Below the pieces are notes generated by a model. The model saw only the letters and a list, made by a program, of their open reading frames with translations, was not told where the DNA came from and did not search any database. DNA of 32,000 nucleotides. It comes from Candidatus Micrarchaeum sp. (GTDB taxonomy: Archaea > Micrarchaeota > Micrarchaeia > Micrarchaeales > Micrarchaeaceae). This document shows positions 30,708 to 32,000 of this stretch, piece by piece (the stretch's first letter is position 1; each line of letters opens with the position of its first letter). The position numbers and the translations under genes were made by a program. Location: the NCBI RefSeq assembly GCF_016806735.1, contig NZ_CP060530.1, positions 300,001-332,000 of the forward strand. The letters are read 5' to 3'.

Positions 30708-32000
30708 TTACATGCGCTTTACCGGTGTCATGCCCAAAGAAAGCAGGAGTTCCGCCATCAGCTTCTCGAAAGCCTGCGTTATCGCCAGCCTTGCGCTTTT
30801 GTCGCCTTCTTCCTGCGCCTTCAATATCGGCGTTGTCTCGTAGAATTTGCTGAATTCGCTTGCCAGAAGCGTCATGTACTCTATGACTATGTTTGGCTTG
30901 CACTCCCTGACTGCCTTTTCAAGCACTGTCCGTGCGTAGGATATCCTTTTTATAAGGTCGAATTCCTGCTGGGAAACTGCATAATTCTCTCCCATCTCCT
31001 TATTGGTCTCTGCTCCGGGGCTTTCGAGTATTCTTTCCGCCCTTGCATGCGTATACTCGCAATACGGCCCGGAATTGCCCTCGAAGTTAAGCGCCCTGCT
31101 CCAAGAGAAAACCAGATTCTTCTCATTGGAAAGCTTGAGGAATTCGTATTTTATGGCCGACATGGCTATCTGGCTCGCGACTTCTGCCTTTTCTGCATCG
31201 CTGAGCTCGAACCTGTCGGTTATTAGCCTCGAAGCCTTCTCTTCTGCTTCCCTTATAAGGTCATCGCACGTATATCCGACCCATGTGCCCTTCCTTCCGG
31301 AAAGCGATATTCCCTCGAGCTCAACCACTCCATACGCTATATGCTTGATCTTTTCAGAATAGTCGCTACCTCCAAGCAGTGCTATCGCGAGCCTTACAAC
31401 CGCCTGCTCGTAGCTCTGCCTGGTGTCTATTGTATTTATTGCAACGTCGGCTGCTCCAAAATCCATCTGTGAGCCCTCAGCTCCTGTAGAGTAAAGCGGC
31501 TTCTTCTGGGATCCCTGCTCCATGAACATGTGATACGAGAAGCTGTTCGGCAGCAACCCAAGCTTCCACATATGGAAGGCGATGTCCTTGGCTACGTAAT
31601 TCGGAGCACCATTGCTCCTTACAAGAACCTTTACACCCTCCTTCAGTCCGCCGAAATCACTGGCAAGGTCTCCAAGCTTCGAATGCTCTATTACTATGCA
31701 GTTTGCATATTCTCCCTCTGATGGTTTTGTTATGATTCCCTTGCCTTGCATTTTATCCAGCGCCTCGTCAAGGAGCTTCTTCCTTACTATGTCGCTTTCC
31801 CATACAAGTACGTCGTGATATATGCCCATCTTTGCCAGTGTTTCGTATTCTGCCTTGACGAAGTTTTCAGCCATTTCCCTGGCTGTCTTTGATTCGTATG
31901 TCCCGTCCTGCTCCATGTTTACAAGTATCTGCGAAATCTCGTCCTTTATATTTTTGTCTTCGAGCAGCTTGTTCACAGCGACGTAGACCTCCCCTATCAT
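30708..32000 (-). CDS. argS: Arginyl-tRNA synthetase, N-terminus beyond the window
   Basis: 430 aa are visible, with the open frame running to the window edge. The class I catalytic-core end is present (ISLSGRKGTWVG), followed by the DALR anticodon-binding domain and the characteristic C-terminal ...VKRM. Confidence 0.92.
   Translation of the reverse strand: MIGEVYVAVNKLLEDKNIKDEISQILVNMEQDGTYESKTAREMAENFVKAEYETLAKMGIYHDVLVWESDIVRKKLLDEALDKMQGKGIITKPSEGEYANCIVIEHSKLGDLASDFGGLKEGVKVLVRSNGAPNYVAKDIAFHMWKLGLLPNSFSYHMFMEQGSQKKPLYSTGAEGSQMDFGAADVAINTIDTRQSYEQAVVRLAIALLGGSDYSEKIKHIAYGVVELEGISLSGRKGTWVGYTCDDLIREAEEKASRLITDRFELSDAEKAEVASQIAMSAIKYEFLKLSNEKNLVFSWSRALNFEGNSGPYCEYTHARAERILESPGAETNKEMGENYAVSQQEFDLIKRISYARTVLEKAVRECKPNIVIEYMTLLASEFSKFYETTPILKAQEEGDKSARLAITQAFEKLMAELLLSLGMTPVKRM

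Noticed and set aside
1-32000. CRISPR arrays, rRNA genes, IS elements or prophage modules anywhere in the window.
   Set aside because: Apart from the ACAD paralog tracts I found no regularly spaced direct repeats. There are no cas-like, transposase-like, capsid-like or terminase-like translations in the six-frame track, and no rRNA-like non-coding gaps. The largest non-coding gap is explained by RNase P RNA.

Overview
The window looks archaeal and chromosomal. Support: a 65-aa archaeal histone-fold gene, an archaeal-type RNase P RNA, intron-containing tRNAs, A/T-rich TATA-like boxes about 25-35 nt upstream of genes, and very tight gene packing (my estimate is over 90% coding, with several 4-nt ATGA overlaps and zero-gap convergent gene ends). 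Gene content is mostly core aerobic heterotroph metabolism. From left to right: agmatinase (5' truncated), malic enzyme, fumarase, and an sdhA-sdhB operon with an atypical membrane module. Then an MFS transporter fused to a PhoU/DUF47-like domain, RNase P RNA, an amidohydrolase/M49-like peptidase operon, and two paralogous acyl-CoA dehydrogenases flanking a hexapeptide-repeat protein. Then pyrD, a bacterial-type crotonase-thiolase-hydroxyacyl-CoA dehydrogenase operon, dcd and argS (truncated at the window end). I call six tRNA genes, all on the minus strand: Met-CAU with a 44-nt canonical intron, Gly-GCC, Val-CAC, Glu-CUC, and Arg-CCU with a 21-nt intron in the T-loop. The non-canonical intron, small RNase P RNA and compaction suggest a small-genome archaeon (DPANN/Micrarchaeota-like or Thermoplasmata-like), but I cannot confirm lineage without a database search. 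I saw no CRISPR array, transposase, integrase or rRNA. The least ordinary stretch is about 23.4-30.5 kb. It holds an ABM/coiled-coil/dcd operon, an MccF-like S66 peptidase, and a tRNA-flanked double-dUTPase-fold DCD-like gene next to the canonical dcd. It also holds a truncated DUF460 RNase-H-fold gene with an unknown partner and a heavily N-glycosylatable DsbA-like protein lacking CxxC. Other notable items are mosaic gene-conversion tracts between the two ACAD paralogs, protein genes that start 1-16 nt after stable RNA genes, and the MFS-PhoU fusion. All functional calls rest on motif recognition in the supplied translations, since no searches could be run.
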